Source of the DNA: a virus
Lineage: Duplodnaviria; Caudoviricetes
DNA: 54,048 nt
Direction: 5' to 3' (one strand)
Virus record (IMG/VR): IMGVR_UViG_3300018719_000034
Location: 1 to 54,048 of that record
In this document: one piece after another, positions 19,188 through 28,479 of the stretch
Position numbering within the stretch: the stretch's first letter is position 1
Layout of the letters: the number at the start of each line of letters is the position of its first letter
Translations under genes and position numbers: made by a program
Notes under the pieces: model-generated
What the model saw: only the letters and a program-made list of their open reading frames with translations
Database searches by the model: none
What the model was told of the DNA's origin: nothing

Positions 19188-19877
19188 TCATACTGCCTCA
19201 ATGAAATCGAGACTGGCGTTCCCCCAGCGACCGAATTCAAGCGAGAGTTCGCCGGAAGTGTCATCGGCCAAGCGCATCAGGCAGACAGGACGGTCCAGGA
19301 TCACGCGGGTTGAAGACGAAGCCGCAGCCCGCAGCCTAGGCCAGAAGCGAACCTGCGTTGGGCTTGTTGGCGTCTCCTGCCAAACGGCATGAGCCAGATA
19401 CAGACGATTGCCTATGCCAAAGTATTGACCGGGCTGGGGTCCCCTGCCATTGACGAGCGTGAGGCTGATCTGGGTCGCGCCGAGCGCGGCAGCCGAAGCA
19501 AGCCGCGCATGCGTGAATTCGTCCTGCCCCCAGCCCGATAGGTCCCAATTGTAGAGATCCTCCGCATAAGAAGCCGAGCCAATCTGTTCCAGTCGCCTTC
19601 CGTTGATGTCGCGCGGACCTTGCAGCTCCCACTTCGGCACGAGGATGGTTCCGGTTCGCCCCTCCAACTGTGCAAGCATGGCCCTCCACGCTAGGATGGC
19701 ATTTTCGTTGGTGATAGGCACATCGACGCGAGCCTTCCAACGCCCCGCGTTCGATACTGTTACCTGTTCGAACCCGGTGATCGAGAGCCCGCCAGAGCGT
19801 GAAGGCGTGTCAGGATGGAACATGGCCTGACGAGGGAATATCGCCGCAGGCCATTGCATCGCATTCGCAGCCATCAA
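19188..19877 (-). CDS. distal tail protein-like
   Basis: Directly after the tape measure; FWPRLRAA and DFIEA motifs. Confidence 0.7.
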   Translation of the reverse strand: MMAANAMQWPAAIFPRQAMFHPDTPSRSGGLSITGFEQVTVSNAGRWKARVDVPITNENAILAWRAMLAQLEGRTGTILVPKWELQGPRDINGRRLEQIGSASYAEDLYNWDLSGWGQDEFTHARLASAAALGATQISLTLVNGRGPQPGQYFGIGNRLYLAHAVWQETPTSPTQVRFWPRLRAAASSSTRVILDRPVCLMRLADDTSGELSLEFGRWGNASLDFIEAV

Positions 19878-21685
19878 CTGAACCTTTGATTGATATCAGA
19901 CAGACGGGACGGCAGGGCACGGTCATAGGCAGACAAACCTTGCCGAACCCCAGCCTGAACCATTTGCATGATCTCAGCATTGCCGCGAGCACCCTCGACG
20001 TTCACGCTGATGCTGACTGCCGTGTCACCGCCGCTCTTGCCTATTTCATGGTTCGGGATGACCTGGGAGCCACGCGGGAGGTTGACAATCTCCGGGCCGC
20101 GTTCGCCGACCCAGGTGGGACCACCTCGCCAGTTGTTCGTACCTTGGGCATTCTTGCCGATATTGAGATTTAAGAAGCCGAGGGGGCCTTCCTTACCGAA
20201 GGCGTAGTTGAGGAACCCTGAGATGATCTTGTTCGCCATCATCTTGGCGATGTCGGCGACGAGTTTCCTGAGAGCGTCTGCCGCGCGGAAGGTCCCGTTC
20301 ACGATATCGTCGAAGACCGTCATGAACGAGCTCTGCATCGTCATGGCAATCTCGTTCGACTTCTTGCCCGCGTTCTGCATCTTGTCCTGCGCCTGCTCGA
20401 CGGCGCGCTGATAGGTGTCCCAATCAATGGCGCCAGCATTGAGCAGCGTGTTGAGACGCTCGATCTCGATCGCCAGGGCTTCGGCGGGCGTGCGAGTGGC
20501 CTCAAAGACGCGCTTGCCTTCTTCAGCCAGACGGTTCGCAGATGCGCTTGCAGCCTGGGCGGCTTTATCGATGCCGCCCTTAGCTTTGTCCGCGCCCGCG
20601 TTGATCATGATTGCCGCCGCGTCAATGGGGGCCGCAATCTTGCGGGCCGTCTCAGGGGCCGCCGCCTGGATCTCATCCGCCTTGCTCCAGAGCCGCGAGA
20701 GCATGTCCTCCACGCCCTTCGTGACCTGCTGCGAGCCAGAGCCCTCGGCCCATGTCTTCCCGACTGCCTCGAAGTCGAGAGACCCAATGCTGCCAAGGAG
20801 CTTTGCGGCGAAGGCAACATCCTTCGCGACGGCGATCATGGCGCCGGACGCGACCGCAGCGACACTCACAAGGCCTTTGAGAACGACAACAACCGCCTCA
20901 AGCGCGATCTCGAAATTCTTGGACTCGGACGCGGCCTGAACGAACCAATTGGAGAGCGCCTCCAGAGAGGGGGCAAGGCGGGCCGTCAGTTCGGTCCACA
21001 TGCCCTCCATCATTTTCGTCAGGCGCGATAGGTTGTCATTGAACGCCTCAGCCGCTTTGCCGGTCCGCGCGTCGATGACAATGCCGAGGGCATCCGCCTC
21101 GTCCTTCATCTGCTGGAGACCGTCGCGTCCAGCGTTGAGCATCGGGATCATATCGGCGCCCGCGCGCCCGAACAGCTGGACCGCAAGCGCCGTCTTTGCC
21201 GCCCCATCCTCCATGCGCGAGAAGCGGTCGGCAAGGTCGGACATGACCTCAGACGAGGTGCGGGCCGAGCCATCCGCGTTCGTGAGCGCAATTTGCAGCC
21301 CCTGGAAGATCAGCGCCGCCTCACCCGTAGGCTTGGCGAGCGCTTCCGTCATGGACTGCCCGAGCCGCCGTAGACTGGTCGAAAGCCCCTCAAAGGAGAC
21401 GCCCGACATATCGGCAGCATGCTTGAGCCGTGACAACTCCTCGATAGGAACGCCCAGGCTCTGAGCGGCCTTGCTCATGGTGTCGGCTTCGTCGAGCACG
21501 CCCTTGATAGCGAGCGCCATTGCAGAGCCGGCCGTGGCGACCGCAGCCGCAGCCGCGGCAAGCCCGACCTTGACGGCCGTGGAGAACTTGGAAAGTCCGC
21601 CCTCGGCCTTCTTCAGGCCATCCTGGAATTGTGCGCTATCGAGCCCCAGGTTGACCCGGAGCGCGCCGACGACAGCATTTGCCAT
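19874..21685 (-). CDS. tail tape measure protein
   Basis: 603-aa Ala-rich helical protein; GALRVNLGLDSAQF start; C-terminal VGERGPE. Confidence 0.92.
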   Translation of the reverse strand: MANAVVGALRVNLGLDSAQFQDGLKKAEGGLSKFSTAVKVGLAAAAAAVATAGSAMALAIKGVLDEADTMSKAAQSLGVPIEELSRLKHAADMSGVSFEGLSTSLRRLGQSMTEALAKPTGEAALIFQGLQIALTNADGSARTSSEVMSDLADRFSRMEDGAAKTALAVQLFGRAGADMIPMLNAGRDGLQQMKDEADALGIVIDARTGKAAEAFNDNLSRLTKMMEGMWTELTARLAPSLEALSNWFVQAASESKNFEIALEAVVVVLKGLVSVAAVASGAMIAVAKDVAFAAKLLGSIGSLDFEAVGKTWAEGSGSQQVTKGVEDMLSRLWSKADEIQAAAPETARKIAAPIDAAAIMINAGADKAKGGIDKAAQAASASANRLAEEGKRVFEATRTPAEALAIEIERLNTLLNAGAIDWDTYQRAVEQAQDKMQNAGKKSNEIAMTMQSSFMTVFDDIVNGTFRAADALRKLVADIAKMMANKIISGFLNYAFGKEGPLGFLNLNIGKNAQGTNNWRGGPTWVGERGPEIVNLPRGSQVIPNHEIGKSGGDTAVSISVNVEGARGNAEIMQMVQAGVRQGLSAYDRALPSRLSDINQRFS

Positions 21686-21697
21686 GAAACAAACCTC

Positions 21698-22010
21698 TTA
21701 GGGCTGTGCGCGGGCGTTCACCCGCTTGTCGAAGGCGATGACGGCCGCCAACTGCTCTTCCCAGGTCTTGCGCCGTTGGGGTTTAGCGCCGATCAGCAGA
21801 TCCTTGAGCGGCGGGAACTTCTTTGTGCGCGGGAGGGCCGCCGTATGCCAGGCGAGCCATGCCCGCTCATCGTGCTCGCGCTTGAGACGCTCGGTCGCGC
21901 CATCAAGCCGCGCCTGCATCTCCTTGGGTGTGATCCGCCAGAAGCTATCCGGATCCAGCCCCGCCGCCGTATAGGTGGAGAGAAGCTCTAGCCAGCTCCA
22001 CCCGCTTTCC
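21698..22010 (-). CDS. tail assembly chaperone C-terminal part (gpT-like, probably reached by -1 frameshift)
   Basis: Open -1 frame WSWLELLSTYTAAGLDPDSFWRITPKE overlaps the end of the gpG-like gene. Confidence 0.6.
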
Positions 22011-22350
22011 GAGGGCGCGAGCCGTTTGCTTTCCCCTCCTTGGGATCGGGGAATGCCTTGGCGAAGGCCTCTCCAATGGCTTCCATCGTCGCCGGAACGC
22101 CCGCCGCCGAGATAATGTTGCCCGCCTCCTCCACCGAGGTGCCGGGATGATGGTCTAGCAGAGCTGCCCAGACGAGCGTCCGGATGGTCTTGAGACGCAC
22201 CTTGGAGCTATCGCCCATCTGCGCTGCAATGGCATTCACGCTCTCCCCGAGCGCATCCTCCAGTTCGCACAAAGCATTGATGGAGAACGACAAGGTGTAG
22301 ACCTTGCCGTCCACGTCGAGGGCTACTTGCCCCTTGTGAGGATTAGCCAT
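21988..22350 (-). CDS. tail assembly chaperone (gpG-like)
   Basis: MANPHKGQV..YTLSFSINALCELED; lies between tail tube and tape measure. Confidence 0.8.
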   Translation of the reverse strand: MANPHKGQVALDVDGKVYTLSFSINALCELEDALGESVNAIAAQMGDSSKVRLKTIRTLVWAALLDHHPGTSVEEAGNIISAAGVPATMEAIGEAFAKAFPDPKEGKANGSRPRKAGGAG

Positions 22351-22781
22351 TAGGGAGTCGCCGTGCCAGTGACATAGGAGCCCGTCACCTTGAAGGTCAC
22401 GGTCGCGGTCATCTTGTCTTCGGTCGGAACGGCCGGTTCATAGCCGGTCAGGATGCCCGAGAAGGTCCACGTCACTTCGTTCGGGAACGTGATCCGGCAG
22501 CGCACGCGCTCGCGGGCGGTGCGGACGGTCTGAATGGTCGTGTCGGCGTCCGAGCCCGGGATGAAGTTCATCTCGAACGAGGCTTCGCCCGGGTCGTTCA
22601 GCCCGAGGATGAACTCTCGGGTTGCGTTCGGGGAGGCCATATGCGTGGCATCGATCACGTCGATGTTGTCGCTCGGCGGCGTGATGTCCGTGACTTCGGC
22701 AATGTCGTTCCACGTTGCGCCATCGTCGGTCGAGATGGCAAACCGGGAGCCGTAGCCGATCATGGCTTCAGTTTCGGCCAT
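22350..22781 (-). CDS. major tail (tube) protein
   Basis: IDATHMASP..REFILGLNDPG, TATVTFKVTG. Confidence 0.9.
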   Translation of the reverse strand: MAETEAMIGYGSRFAISTDDGATWNDIAEVTDITPPSDNIDVIDATHMASPNATREFILGLNDPGEASFEMNFIPGSDADTTIQTVRTARERVRCRITFPNEVTWTFSGILTGYEPAVPTEDKMTATVTFKVTGSYVTGTATP

Positions 22782-22793
22782 TGGTCAGTCCTT

Positions 22794-23162
22794 TCAGGTG
22801 TGAGAGAGAAGGAAGTCGATGGAGACGCGATGAAGGGCTTGATCGCCCTCGTAGAAGTCGCGCTCGCCATCGACGAACGCGCCCTGAAACATTCCGCCCT
22901 TGTGCCCGCTCAGGCGCGCGATCAGCGCACGGCCGGCAGTCTTGGCCGCCGCGTAGGTCTTGCCGTACACATCCGCCTGAACCCGGCTGGAGACAAGCCC
23001 GGAGGGGCCTTGGGTGTGATAGTCGCGATCCCCGCTGATACGGGTCAGGACGATGGCCGGCACCTCTGACGCCTGCGGGCGCTGCACCCAATATACCCGG
23101 TTGCCGACAGCCGCTTGCACCCCGGTGTCAGCCAGGATGAACGCAATCAATGCTTCTTCCAT
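22794..23162 (-). CDS. tail terminator/completion protein (DUF3168-like)
   Basis: VGNRVY, RVQADVYG; position. Confidence 0.8.
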   Translation of the reverse strand: MEEALIAFILADTGVQAAVGNRVYWVQRPQASEVPAIVLTRISGDRDYHTQGPSGLVSSRVQADVYGKTYAAAKTAGRALIARLSGHKGGMFQGAFVDGERDFYEGDQALHRVSIDFLLSHT

Positions 23163-23163
23163 G

Positions 23164-23634
23164 TCAGCCTTTCGCGGCCTTCGCAGCCAGTCGAGCGGCG
23201 CGGCGTGCCAGACGCTTCGCCGCCTTTTCGATCTCGTCGCCCAGCTCTTCTTGGATGGTCTTCAAAACCGCGCTTTTGTTCTGGTCCCATGCAGGCCGGA
23301 GGAAGGGACGCGGCGGGGTCTTCGCGGTTCCAAACTCCACAAGGTGAGCATGAGGGAGGGCCGCCGCGCCTGCGAAGAGTTCAACGCCGGCTTTCTCGTC
23401 CGCGGCGCGCTTCCGATTGAGACGCCGCTGCCGCTTGGAGAGCCGGGTCGTGACACGCAGGGAGTCGCGCAATTGTCCCTCATCCACCGGGACCAGTTCC
23501 TTGGCCGTCGAGATCACTGGAGCAATTGCCCGGATACCGATCCGCCTGAGCACTGCCTTGCTCGTGGACTTGGGCAGCTCCGAAAGAGCCGTCTCTAGTT
23601 CCTTCAAGCCCTCAAGTTTGACGGTGGTCTTCAT
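23164..23634 (-). CDS. HK97 gp10-like neck protein
   Basis: LEGLKELETAL, PVDEGQLRDS, EFGT..TPPRPFLRPA. Confidence 0.88.
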   Translation of the reverse strand: MKTTVKLEGLKELETALSELPKSTSKAVLRRIGIRAIAPVISTAKELVPVDEGQLRDSLRVTTRLSKRQRRLNRKRAADEKAGVELFAGAAALPHAHLVEFGTAKTPPRPFLRPAWDQNKSAVLKTIQEELGDEIEKAAKRLARRAARLAAKAAKG

Positions 23635-23969
23635 GCTACCCGCTCCGCACGGGCTGCGGCCGTGATCTCCAGCCCCACGCGGCGCCCGATTTCCTTCACC
23701 GCATTGATGGCGTAGATACGCCCGTCGAACAGAACACGGTCCCTCGGGTCGATGTCCTTCACAGTGTTCGACCACCGGATCCGGAAGCGGGTCGTGACCT
23801 CGGCCGCCACCTCGGAGGCCTGCCACCGCTCACTGTCGCGGATGTCCTCTTTCGATGCCCAGACGGTTGCCAGATCAGCCCAGGTCTGAACGTCCTCGTT
23901 GAACTCGTTCTTGGTCGTGGTGAACCGCTGGAGCGTGATGCGGCGGTCGAGTTTCCCGGCTTCCATCAC
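23631..23969 (-). CDS. head closure/head-tail adaptor
   Basis: AGKLDRRITLQ, W..ATVWA, FRIRW, YAINAV. Confidence 0.88.
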   Translation of the reverse strand: MMEAGKLDRRITLQRFTTTKNEFNEDVQTWADLATVWASKEDIRDSERWQASEVAAEVTTRFRIRWSNTVKDIDPRDRVLFDGRIYAINAVKEIGRRVGLEITAAARAERVA

Positions 23970-24328
23970 GCACCCCGGCTGATGTTGCGGGCCACCTCAA
24001 CAAGAGACACGCCCGTTGCATTGGCGAACTTGCAGAGAGACATTACAGCTTCTTCCTCAAGCCAGTGGATTTCGGTCGCTGGCTTGCCGTCCGCCACGTC
24101 TCGAAGGGTTGGCGAGCAGTCCAGCCCGAGCCAATAGGCCAGCAGGCAGTGGGCAAGATCATGCTCGGTATTCATGGCTTCAGCGTCCGGATAGCCGAGC
24201 CCCTTGGCAGTCTCCGCCTGCCCCGGCTGTTCTGCATGCAGGGCGTGAACTTCCTTGCCGTCAGCAAAGCGAGTGACGGTGTAGCCGTCGTGGATCTCGA
24301 CGGTGATAGAACCGAGTTGGATCATCAT
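23966..24328 (-). CDS. hypothetical protein in the neck module
   Basis: Overlapping start/stop with both neighbours; EHDLAH motif. Confidence 0.65.
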   Translation of the reverse strand: MMIQLGSITVEIHDGYTVTRFADGKEVHALHAEQPGQAETAKGLGYPDAEAMNTEHDLAHCLLAYWLGLDCSPTLRDVADGKPATEIHWLEEEAVMSLCKFANATGVSLVEVARNISRGA

Positions 24329-24600
24329 GCCAATGTCGGATCGCGATGCCACACGAGGAGATCCTTCACGGTCTGGGACAGGATCTCCTCGTGATGGTCA
24401 TAGAGCGCTTCGAAAACGAGCAGGATGGCGGCCTTGATGTCGTGTGGAACGGTTTCGGCCGTCCACTCGTAATCGGTCCGCTTGATGTAATGGGCCACGA
24501 TACTGGTTGCCTGCTCCATCTTGCGGAGAACGTCGGCCTCGTCATATGCAGCGTCGATACGCGCCTGATCCTTGGCCTCTTGGAGGGTAATCAGCGCCAT
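24325..24600 (-). CDS. head-tail connector (HK97 gp6-like)
   Basis: LITLQEAKDQARID, VP.DIKAAILL. Confidence 0.85.
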   Translation of the reverse strand: MALITLQEAKDQARIDAAYDEADVLRKMEQATSIVAHYIKRTDYEWTAETVPHDIKAAILLVFEALYDHHEEILSQTVKDLLVWHRDPTLA

Positions 24601-24601
24601 G

Positions 24602-25471
24602 TCACGCCCCCTTGGCCGGGACGCCGACGCGCACGGGCTCGCTGGGCTTGGCTTCCTTCATCACGCCGTCGCGGCCGTCCCTGCCCTTCTTCACGGCAAG
24701 ACGCCAATCCCCGCCCTCGCCAGGCTTGGACGAGGTGTCCTTTTGGGCAATCCAGAAGGATCCTGCCCAGGTCGCGCCATCGCCCGCCTTGTATTCCTTG
24801 CCTTCCGCATAGATCCCGCGATCGATCACGACCGGGAGCGTGAAGGCGAATTCCTTGACGCGCTCGCCCTTGGTGAACTTCAGGGTGACGGTCTTCTCGC
24901 CGTCATAGGAGGCTTCCAGATCATCGAAACCGAAGCCGTCTGCGCCAGGCTTACCGTCTTCCCCATCCTTGCCGACCACGGGGCCGAGGTTTCGCGTCTC
25001 GCCGTTGGTGAGGGTCACGACAAGCTCGCCCGACCGATCGATGATCGCGCCTGCGAGGCCGACCCCATCTTTGCCGTCCAGGCCGTCTTTGGGAGTGGGA
25101 AGTTCCTTGATGCGCTTTTCGACCTCGGAGGTAATGAGCGGGGCAACGTCCTCGACGGTGACGCTCTTGCCATCCTGCGGCGCCGGAATGGCGGCGACCG
25201 CCTTTTGAACCTCTTCCATCACCATGGCCGGGATATCGGGTAGCGCCGGAAGCTCGATGGCCTCAATGGCGCCCTTCAGCCCTGCGACCTCCTCCTCGAT
25301 CATCTGGCGAACCTCGCCAAGGTCGGCATCCTTGCCGTCTCGCGGCGCCGGCAGTTCATTGAACCGCTTCTCCAGAGCCTCCATGCGTTGCAGGATCGGG
25401 CCCAACTCCTTGCCGACGAACTCCTTGACCACGCCGACGATCTCTTGGCCGAAGGCTTTTCCATCGAACAT
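24602..25471 (-). CDS. phage head-region protein with collagen-like GxD repeats
   Basis: PRDGKD, DGLDGKDG, WRLAVKKGRDG; follows the portal. Confidence 0.75.
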   Translation of the reverse strand: MFDGKAFGQEIVGVVKEFVGKELGPILQRMEALEKRFNELPAPRDGKDADLGEVRQMIEEEVAGLKGAIEAIELPALPDIPAMVMEEVQKAVAAIPAPQDGKSVTVEDVAPLITSEVEKRIKELPTPKDGLDGKDGVGLAGAIIDRSGELVVTLTNGETRNLGPVVGKDGEDGKPGADGFGFDDLEASYDGEKTVTLKFTKGERVKEFAFTLPVVIDRGIYAEGKEYKAGDGATWAGSFWIAQKDTSSKPGEGGDWRLAVKKGRDGRDGVMKEAKPSEPVRVGVPAKGA

Positions 25472-26814
25472 CAGCGAAGTCCCTTGTAGATTTCCACGAG
25501 AGCGGCGCGAGCCTCGGCCTCGAGTGCGTTGTCGTTGGCAACCGGTTCCGCCACCGGGGGCTCTGCCGGCGCGTTCGCCTGCGCAATGAGTTGGGCGTCA
25601 CGGGCCGCGATGGCCTCAATCGAATGATCCTGCATTTGCAGGTAGATCGTATTCCCGCCCGGGACCTTCTTGAGCTCCAGCTTCTTGCGGCGCTCGTCCA
25701 GGGTCATGACGCTCTTAGCCTTTTCGAGCACGTCCATCTGCGTCACGCTGTCCATGCGCAGGAGGTTGTCCGTGTCGAACTCGGTGCCGATGTTCTCGCC
25801 CATGCCGAGGCCTTCATCGAGGCAGAGTTCGATAGCTTCGATGAGCACCTGCAAGCACTGGGCGTAGTACTCGACGTTCAGGCTCTGGATGTTGTTGTAG
25901 GTCGGCATCTGTCCGACGCCGATCTTGTAGGGCGGCACATGGTAGGTTGAGCAGATGACCTCGGCGGACCACTTCAGCTGCTCGATGAGTTGCGAGTCGA
26001 CGGCCTTCGCCCTCATGGCCTCATACTTCAGGCCATCGCCAAGAACCGCCACCTTGCCGGAATTCTTGCCGGAAAAGTTCGTGTCCCAGTGCTCCTTGAG
26101 GCGCTTGGCCGTCTCGTCGCTGATCGCGCCCGGGGCGGTCAGGATGCCGCCCGGTTGCGCCCCGTTCTGGAAGAAGAGCGTGCTGTCGTTCTGGATCGCG
26201 AGACCCTGGACGGCGGCCAGCCCGCCCGCGAAGATGGGAGAGAGGCCGATCAGCGGGTGAAAGAAGCAGTTGAAGCGGTCATGGATGACTTCCCGGGCCG
26301 GAACGGTGACACTCGCAGGCAAGCCACTCAGGTTGTCTGTGTTGAGCTGGTAGAAGACCGAGCCGTCATCCGCCACAAGCGGGGTGACGAGGGTCCAGTC
26401 CAGCACATAGAGCCGGTTGACCACGCCGCGGGCGTCCCGCTGCTTCAGGATGAGCGCATTGCCCCGCTGGAGCTTCGACAGCACCCAGCTTTCCATGAAC
26501 TGCATGCGGTTCTGGAAGTGGTTCGGCTTACGCAGGACAGGCGAATAGGCCGGATTGGTCGTCTCCGACCAGATCCCGTCCGCATCTTTCTGCACGAGCT
26601 TGATGCGGAGCTTTGCGATGTCCGAAGCAATGAGCGTGCGGCAGGCAAAATCGGCATGATTGGACAGAACGGAGTCATAGCGGACTTCGACATTGCTTTG
26701 CCAGTTACCCGCCGCCGCTTCGAGAATACGCCACCATCCCCTCTGCACCTGGCCAACAGGAGCAAGGGCTTTCTGTTGTGTACTGCGGGAGATCTCTAGA
26801 CCAAAGATCCGCAT
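25471..26814 (-). CDS. HK97-family portal protein
   Basis: PNHFQN, RGNA, EVIHDR, GLSPI, FFQNGAQPGGIL, YHVPPYKIG. Confidence 0.93.
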   Translation of the reverse strand: MRIFGLEISRSTQQKALAPVGQVQRGWWRILEAAAGNWQSNVEVRYDSVLSNHADFACRTLIASDIAKLRIKLVQKDADGIWSETTNPAYSPVLRKPNHFQNRMQFMESWVLSKLQRGNALILKQRDARGVVNRLYVLDWTLVTPLVADDGSVFYQLNTDNLSGLPASVTVPAREVIHDRFNCFFHPLIGLSPIFAGGLAAVQGLAIQNDSTLFFQNGAQPGGILTAPGAISDETAKRLKEHWDTNFSGKNSGKVAVLGDGLKYEAMRAKAVDSQLIEQLKWSAEVICSTYHVPPYKIGVGQMPTYNNIQSLNVEYYAQCLQVLIEAIELCLDEGLGMGENIGTEFDTDNLLRMDSVTQMDVLEKAKSVMTLDERRKKLELKKVPGGNTIYLQMQDHSIEAIAARDAQLIAQANAPAEPPVAEPVANDNALEAEARAALVEIYKGLR

Positions 26815-27623
26815 TCTAATTCCCTTCTGCGCCGAGCCCATGAGGCTTTGACGGCGCGAGAGAGCTTCTTTCGATAATCGGGGTCATCGAACACCTTGCG
26901 CATCTTCGCTTTGTGTTCGGGCGTCATTCGTGCCTTCGCGGCTTTTTCAATCACCTCGCGAGAGGCTTTCTTGAGGTTTGCGCGACAGACATCCGCGTTC
27001 TGCGAAGTCGCCCAGAACCGCTTCGATGCTCTAGATACTCTCTGCCTTACCTCGTCCGTGATGCCGCTTCGTATCTTGGCTCGCTTTTCGCGATCCGCCC
27101 ACGCAGCTCGGGACTTTGCCGCCATCATGGCCTTGTATTCCGGCGTTGCTCTACGCTTTGCAGCCTCAGCAAGTCGTGCTCGTTTCTCGGGACTCCGGTT
27201 CGCCGCAGCAGCAGCCTCCCGCTTAGCGGGGTCATCCCATCGGGCCTTAGCTGCCTCCGACATTCTGCGGCGAGTCTCAGGATCGCGCATTCGCGCGGTC
27301 TTCTCTGCCAGCTGCCTGTCCGAAAGAGGCGCACCCTCCCCACCCATGGTCCGGTTGAATAGACTGAGCCCCCTTGCCAGGGCGGCGGCTATCTCATCCT
27401 GCTCTGCCTTCGTCCAGTCGTCGCCATCCGCGACCTCACGAAGAATGACCAACTCCGGTTCGAGCCCTTTTGCGACCAGCCCCTTGATCCAGCAGTCTTT
27501 CGGATGCCTCGGATTGCGCAAGCCTAGGTGCGCCCTCAGCCTGCGCTTCGGGTCGTCTGACTTACCAACATAACGGATTTCGCCGCGCAACGGGCATCGG
27601 AGCCCGTAGATATATACGGTCAT
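26796..27623 (-). CDS. GIY-YIG homing endonuclease with NUMOD3-like repeats
   Basis: YIYGL...RYVGKS..PKRRL..H, E and N catalytic positions, repeated ETRRRMSEA-type motifs; GGAGG RBS. Confidence 0.85.
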   Translation of the reverse strand: MTVYIYGLRCPLRGEIRYVGKSDDPKRRLRAHLGLRNPRHPKDCWIKGLVAKGLEPELVILREVADGDDWTKAEQDEIAAALARGLSLFNRTMGGEGAPLSDRQLAEKTARMRDPETRRRMSEAAKARWDDPAKREAAAAANRSPEKRARLAEAAKRRATPEYKAMMAAKSRAAWADREKRAKIRSGITDEVRQRVSRASKRFWATSQNADVCRANLKKASREVIEKAAKARMTPEHKAKMRKVFDDPDYRKKLSRAVKASWARRRRELECGSLV

Positions 27624-27658
27624 AGCCTCCTCCTATAGAAGCTGTTCCTAGATGAAGG

Positions 27659-27710
27659 TGTGCGTCAGGCCGCTAGGAAACGGCTTTTCGGGAGCTACCC
27701 TAGACGCACA
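27659..27710 (-). ncRNA. C4-like antisense RNA
   Basis: Cloverleaf TGTGCGTC/GACGCACA closing GGG-TAGCT-CCC and GCCG-TTTCCTAG-CGGC; loop is complementary to CTAGGAA just before the downstream RBS. Confidence 0.7.
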
Positions 27711-27766
27711 AGGTATTTGTATCTGTTCTCGATAAGATTTGCGACTGCTGATGCCGAATGTTCACA

Positions 27767-27961
27767 TCAGGATTGCTGCGCCTTAATGGCCGCCATCTTT
27801 GCGTCTATCCGACCCCGATCGACTTCTTCTAAGTATTCTCTAGCGGCAGCCTCAGGATCGTCATAGACCAAGCCCCTTTTCTTCCACGTCGCGGCTATCC
27901 ATTGGATCCGAGCTTGATCATCGCCAAGTCGCTTTACAGGTGCGAAGACGGGCTGCCTCAT
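27767..27961 (-). CDS. hypothetical protein
   Basis: 64-aa ORF in the head operon. Confidence 0.5.
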   Translation of the reverse strand: MRQPVFAPVKRLGDDQARIQWIAATWKKRGLVYDDPEAAAREYLEEVDRGRIDAKMAAIKAQQS

Positions 27962-27963
27962 GG

Positions 27964-28176
27964 CTATTCAGCCTCGCTGCTGATCACACCAAGCCGCATA
28001 CCGCTCTCGAGGATGAGAACAGGAGCATCCTCCCCGGCGAACTGCTTCCAGACCTGCACAATGCGTTCGCGCTGGTCCATGGAGATACAGCCTGGAGTCG
28101 TCAGCACGAACTTGTCGCCTGGCTTAATCTCTAGCCTTTGCAGATCACCTAAGAAGCGGATTTCATTGTCGCCCAT
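27964..28176 (-). CDS. hypothetical protein, paralogue of 32771-32992
   Basis: LQRLEIKPGDKFVL...VLILESGMRLGVI. Confidence 0.6.
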   Translation of the reverse strand: MGDNEIRFLGDLQRLEIKPGDKFVLTTPGCISMDQRERIVQVWKQFAGEDAPVLILESGMRLGVISSEAE

Positions 28177-28180
28177 ATCG

Positions 28181-28414
28181 TCAGCCCTTCGCTTCAGCGA
28201 TCTTGGCTTTGAGCGTCTCGGCATCCCAGCCGTGGTACGGCTTCTTACCGACCGCCTCCTGATACTCTTCGCGAAGAGCCTTCAGCTCCTCTTCCGGGTT
28301 CACGGTCTGGCGCGCCTGCATGTCGCGCCGGCCATAACCCAGCCTGCCGAGAATACGGGCGTAGCGGGGATCGCGAGCGCGAAGGGCACGGTCCATGTAG
28401 CTGTGAGATTTCAT
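28181..28414 (-). CDS. small head-associated hypothetical protein
   Basis: GGAGG RBS; LREEY..AVGKKPYHGWDAETLKAKI. Confidence 0.7.
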   Translation of the reverse strand: MKSHSYMDRALRARDPRYARILGRLGYGRRDMQARQTVNPEEELKALREEYQEAVGKKPYHGWDAETLKAKIAEAKG

Positions 28415-28432
28415 GAAGGCCTCCTATGAGGG

Positions 28433-28460
28433 AACCGGCCGCAAGTGATTGCGGCCGGTC
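28433..28460 (-). terminator. hairpin after the capsid gene
   Basis: ACCGGCCGCAA-gtga-TTGCGGCCGGT inverted repeat. Confidence 0.55.
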
Positions 28461-28479
28461 ATGAGGTTTAGGCTACCGA

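Noticed and set aside
26796-27623. Group I intron or intein in the portal gene
   Set aside because: The portal ORF is intact from 26814; the endonuclease is free-standing with its own RBS
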